From IMG/VR virus record IMGVR_UViG_3300013233_000235, positions 140,042 to 204,041 of that record: DNA of 64,000 bases. One strand, 5' to 3'. This document shows, in pieces, positions 60,274 through 64,000 of the stretch. Every line of letters begins with the position of its first letter. Position 1 is the stretch's first letter. The translations under genes were made by a program, and so were the position numbers. The notes beneath the pieces are model-generated. The model saw only the letters and a list, made by a program, of their open reading frames with translations, was not told where the DNA came from and ran no database searches.

Positions 60274-60726
60274 ATGACTAAAGTTATTGCGGTAATGCTG
60301 TTGTTATTTACATCACAGGTGTTAGCTGAAGAAATTGGTTCGGTTAACACGGCGTTTAAATTGTTTGGCTCTAGTGACCGCATCGTTATCGAAGCCTTTG
60401 ATGACCCCAAAGTGGCTGGTATCAGCTGCCACCTAAGTCGGGCTGTCAAGGGTGGGTTAAGCGGGGCCATTGGGTTTGCCACCGATTCTTCGGATGCGTC
60501 TATAGCCTGTAGACAGGTCGGCCCAATCGTCGTTAAGGGTAAGCTTAAGGACGGTGAGTCGGTATTCTCTAAAAGCACATCCTTTCTATTCAAGAAGATG
60601 CGGGTGGTGCGTTTCTTAGATACCACACGTAACGTATTCATATACCTGACATATAGCGATAAACTGATCGATGGTAGTCCAAAGAATTCCATCTCATCAG
60701 TACCCATCGTTGTATGGAATAAGTGA
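60274..60726 (+). CDS. creA: CreA-family periplasmic protein
   Basis: Signal peptide; EEIGSVNTAFK..IEAFDDP..SDASIACRQVGPI..YSDKLIDGSPKNSIS. Confidence 0.9.
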   Translation: MTKVIAVMLLLFTSQVLAEEIGSVNTAFKLFGSSDRIVIEAFDDPKVAGISCHLSRAVKGGLSGAIGFATDSSDASIACRQVGPIVVKGKLKDGESVFSKSTSFLFKKMRVVRFLDTTRNVFIYLTYSDKLIDGSPKNSISSVPIVVWNK

Positions 60727-60728
60727 TT

Positions 60729-60837
60729 AGTTAGCCCTTCGGGGCTTTCTTTTTTATTTGTTTCGCGCATGTATCAGAACTATATAACTTGTATGAAGAG
60801 ACACTTTGATCTCTTATAGCGAAAGGGTTTAATTATG
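60729..60837 (+). promoter_or_regulatory. Family-A cassette repeat copy 10
   Basis: Loop CACTTTGA; divergent SD AAGGG. Confidence 0.9.
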
Positions 60838-62151
60838 AATGATTCAAATAGTAGCATGTATACCGACGCCTTCATCCGCCGGTCTTTAAAGAAAGCCCAC
60901 CTTGCGCACAGCCATGGTGAGACATCTGAGATGGCCGATGATCAGTATGACCAACTGATGTTTGTGTTGCACCAACGGGTCGGATCATTCCAACCGCTGC
61001 GACAGGCTTACCCAACACACGCCCCTGTAGAGGGTACGCCCGTCGAGCGCATAAAACGGGTGATGGGTATGTACCGGTTCACACTACCGGATGATACCCG
61101 GGTATATGCCCACTGGGGTGAGCAGATTATCGCAGCTGTTTACACGGGGGGTGTGTTAACTGCGGTGGGGGCTGAATCCAAGTGGTCCCAGGACCCCGGT
61201 GAGCTGGCAGAGGTTGGCATCCCCCCGGCTATCCCCCACATCGGCGATGCCGTTGTATACGGGTGGTCCAATAAAGTCACCGGCCGCTTCGAAGCCGTTT
61301 GTTTAAAGGCTGCCCAGTCACCCAGTCTGGAAGCGTTAGGATTCGACACCCCTCCCGCAGTGAATCCATTACTGGTATCATTACCAGCCATCAGTGTGGT
61401 CGGCGACAGGTTCCACACAACCTCCTACCATATAAACGATATCCTGGATTTTCCACCCACGATGGTATTCCCAGATGGTACCCCGGTCGATGCCCATAAC
61501 ACCGAGCTTGATTTCGACGGAACCTTCAAGTCAGATTCCCCGGATACCCACTCATGCCCAGCATGTGGTGGGGATGTTACTAAGCTTGATGGTAATGGTG
61601 TATACCAGTGCATCGTGGCAGCGGCCGGTTTACCGGGTGAGTGCCCCGGTCCGATGACGGCCATGATGAGTCTCGGTTCAGAGCTAGCCAAACTTTGCAG
61701 ATATACCCCAGACATGCCGGTGGGTTATACATTTGGGGATATGGCTCTGGAGTTTGATTTACCATTGATGGCGCTACAAGACTGGTTGCAGCGCATGCTG
61801 TTGATACACGGTACGGAGGATAACCACATCCCATACCGCACATATGCGGAAACTATGGCGGCCATCGCTGACAAAGATATGGTTAGCCGTATCGAGATGT
61901 ATCTGGGTGATATCCGGGTTATAGACATCTCTCCGGATAAGGTTATCCGGTTATCCAGCACCCTCACGCGGGGGGTTCAGCGCCTTGTTAACAACGCACT
62001 GCTGTCGTCAACTGCGTATGACCTGCTAATCCCACATGGGGATGCTGGTCCCGCAAATCTCGATGTGGATGATTTGCGGGACCATCCCGTCATTCTAGCG
62101 TTGCTGGAAGAGGCGCAAGATGCTGAAGCACGCCGCGCTGTTAATCTATAA
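60835..62151 (+). CDS. Catalytically dead NAD-ligase-derived protein 2
   Basis: MADDQYDQL; TRVYAHWGEQIIAAVYTGG; LGFDTP; CPACGG..YQC..ECPG. Confidence 0.8.
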   Translation: MNDSNSSMYTDAFIRRSLKKAHLAHSHGETSEMADDQYDQLMFVLHQRVGSFQPLRQAYPTHAPVEGTPVERIKRVMGMYRFTLPDDTRVYAHWGEQIIAAVYTGGVLTAVGAESKWSQDPGELAEVGIPPAIPHIGDAVVYGWSNKVTGRFEAVCLKAAQSPSLEALGFDTPPAVNPLLVSLPAISVVGDRFHTTSYHINDILDFPPTMVFPDGTPVDAHNTELDFDGTFKSDSPDTHSCPACGGDVTKLDGNGVYQCIVAAAGLPGECPGPMTAMMSLGSELAKLCRYTPDMPVGYTFGDMALEFDLPLMALQDWLQRMLLIHGTEDNHIPYRTYAETMAAIADKDMVSRIEMYLGDIRVIDISPDKVIRLSSTLTRGVQRLVNNALLSSTAYDLLIPHGDAGPANLDVDDLRDHPVILALLEEAQDAEARRAVNL

Positions 62152-62156
62152 GTAAC

Positions 62157-62265
62157 AAGTCAGCCCCTTCGGGGGCTTTCTTTTTTATTTGTTTCCATAC
62201 ATTCTCAAGACTATATAACTTGTATGAAGAGACACTTTGATCTCTTATAGTGGAGTTTAGTTATG
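62157..62265 (+). promoter_or_regulatory. Family-A cassette repeat copy 11
   Basis: Loop CACTTTGA, 3' block ATAGTGGAG. Confidence 0.9.
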
Positions 62266-63030
62266 AGTAAAGATACAGTGTGCAGTCTTACAGGTGATCC
62301 TGCTGACTCGCTGGTTACTTCCGATACCCCGCCTAGCCACTTTGCATCCCGCGATAGGCTGCGTAATTTTGTGTCTGTGCTGTGTGCCACGGGTGTTGTA
62401 AGGTTAAATGTTGGGGCTCTTTATTACCATGCGGATATTCCGTCCGACTTCGTCGAGCTGCTAATGCCGCACACCAGGGCTGGTGGCAAAGTTAAGGTAA
62501 AGCCTGATTTGGTAAATATGTCAACCGATATACGCATGTTAAGGCGCGATTCGGGGTCATCGTCACATGGAGTCATGGTGGCACCCATATCGACCACTGG
62601 TGCAGAGTTGCACGTGGCCGTATGCATGGAGGATGATGCAGGGTCTATTACAACCGAATTGTCTGTCAAAGGGTCCACCCTACTAGAGATAGCCTTTGAT
62701 GTAACATTTGGGGTAGGCCACCTATGGTTGATTACGGATGCTGGGGCGTGGCTGTACAGATGTGGGACCGACAGCGGTGGTAAGTTGCGAGCACCCGTTC
62801 CTTCCGAGCCGCGTGGGGGTGGTGGCCCATTGGGTGGCCGGGTGGTTAACATGGTCTATAGTGCGGATGTGAATACTGCGGGTGTGTTGGTATATTCTGC
62901 GGCCAATATCGGCATCGGGGTACAGGGAAAGACTTATGAGGTGACCATGTCTCCGGAAGGTGATGGCCAGGTCGGCGCCGGCGTGACCATGGGTGAAATG
63001 CTGGCTAATATATCGGGCAGCGAGGGGTGA
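62263..63030 (+). CDS. Hypothetical protein, paralog of 12693-13430
   Basis: RLRNFV, LWLITDAGAWL, GGPLGG..MVYSADV, YEVTMSP. Confidence 0.8.
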   Translation: MSKDTVCSLTGDPADSLVTSDTPPSHFASRDRLRNFVSVLCATGVVRLNVGALYYHADIPSDFVELLMPHTRAGGKVKVKPDLVNMSTDIRMLRRDSGSSSHGVMVAPISTTGAELHVAVCMEDDAGSITTELSVKGSTLLEIAFDVTFGVGHLWLITDAGAWLYRCGTDSGGKLRAPVPSEPRGGGGPLGGRVVNMVYSADVNTAGVLVYSAANIGIGVQGKTYEVTMSPEGDGQVGAGVTMGEMLANISGSEG

Positions 63031-63071
63031 TGCGTCCGCACTTTGCGGTTTAAGGTGCACCCCCTCCTATA

Positions 63072-63179
63072 AAGTTAGCCCCTTCGGGGCTTTCTTTTTT
63101 ATTTGCTTCCATACATTCTTAGAACTATATAACTACTATGAAGAGACACTTTGATCTCTTATATAGGAGTTTAGTTATG
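63072..63179 (+). promoter_or_regulatory. Family-A cassette repeat copy 12
   Basis: Loop CACTTTGA, 3' block ATATAGGAG. Confidence 0.9.
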
Positions 63180-64000
63180 AGTAAAGATACAGCGTGTAAT
63201 CCCGTAGATGATTACGCACGTACCGCCCTGATAAAGGCCCATTACGAGTATGACTGCAACATACCCACCGGTTTATCAGATTGGCAGTACGATCGGATGA
63301 TGGCCAAGTTATATCCACAGGGTACGCCCTTTACACCCGGTATTAGCGTGTACCGTGCCATACAGCATACCCCCAGGAATACCCACGTAGATCGAATACC
63401 ACGGGTATTGGGGGTGCGCGGTAGTATGCACAATACCCCACATACGCGTGTGTATGCCTACAGTGGCGAGACGATTATTGCCTTACAATACATGGGTGGG
63501 GAACTTGTGGGAACGTGTGCGGAGTCCGATTATATCCCTGATTCGGCCATAGATCCGATTGATGCGCCCTCTGATATACCCGCTGTCACCGCAATCGTGG
63601 TGTACGGGTGGGTCGAGGAGAGTGGCGGTGGGTTTAGGGCGATCTGTGTGGCCAATGGTGATACGTGGTCCCTAAAGGAGCTGGGGTTTACCACGCCGGA
63701 TGATGCCACAGACCTATACGAGTCGTACAAGCCCACAATCGCGGTGACGTCGGATGTTTTCAGCACGGCTGTTTGCCACTTACCAGATGATTCCCCACAC
63801 ACGATATGTCGGGAGTTCCTACCTGACGGTACCCCCGTGGATGCCCATAACACCATGCTGGATTTTGACGGTAAGTACACCAGTAATCGTGTGGATGATT
63901 ATGCCTGCCCAGCCTGTGGCGGTAAAGTTGAAAGCACTGAAGAGGATGATGTGTACTACTGTATAAACGCTATGCGGGGCGTTGCTGGGGGTTGCCCCGG
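63177..64000 (+). CDS. Catalytically dead NAD-ligase-derived protein 3 (runs off window; missing from ORF track)
   Basis: Manual translation: MSKDT..LSDWQYDRM..TRVYAYSGETIIALQYMGG..VVYGW..LGFTTP..PDGTPVDAHNTMLDFDG..CPACGG..YYC..GCP. Confidence 0.85.
   Translation, partial: MSKDTACNPVDDYARTALIKAHYEYDCNIPTGLSDWQYDRMMAKLYPQGTPFTPGISVYRAIQHTPRNTHVDRIPRVLGVRGSMHNTPHTRVYAYSGETIIALQYMGGELVGTCAESDYIPDSAIDPIDAPSDIPAVTAIVVYGWVEESGGGFRAICVANGDTWSLKELGFTTPDDATDLYESYKPTIAVTSDVFSTAVCHLPDDSPHTICREFLPDGTPVDAHNTMLDFDGKYTSNRVDDYACPACGGKVESTEEDDVYYCINAMRGVAGGCP

Noticed and set aside
1-64000. Stop-codon recoding, introns/inteins, tRNAs
   Set aside because: Core genes are intact under the standard code with all three stops used, and no insertions or cloverleaf motifs were noticed by eye. 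A tRNAscan run would confirm.

Overview
64-kb fragment of a phiKZ-like (Chimalliviridae-type) jumbo phage. The core block contains the portal, baseplate/tail-tip and fibre proteins, head proteins, RNase H, UvsX and a split virion RNAP beta subunit. Family assignments come from motifs I recognise, not from database searches. Two accessory regions (~4.3-30 kb and 58.2-64 kb) hold paralogous gene families. Within them, 9.7-26 kb and 58.2-64 kb are built as cassettes, each opened by a ~105-bp dispersed repeat: terminator, YATATAAC-N4-ATG promoter, 5' hairpin, then SD and start codon. There are 12 family-A copies (one partial) and 2 family-B copies. The two families share a hairpin loop, CRYNUUGA, on unrelated stems, and the family-A copies are recombinant mosaics. 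Cargo includes an intact NAD-dependent DNA ligase, three catalytically dead ligase paralogs (NAD-binding subdomain Ia motif and Zn finger kept, KxDG lost), a cluster of XRE-HTH proteins, a MazG-like protein, a nucleotidyltransferase and a host-like CreA. Head proteins show G-x-Q-[GA] where phiKZ-like proteins usually have [SAG]-x-E. Two genes that run off the window ends (2-1744 minus, 63177-64000 plus) are absent from the ORF track. I saw no tRNA, rRNA or CRISPR array.
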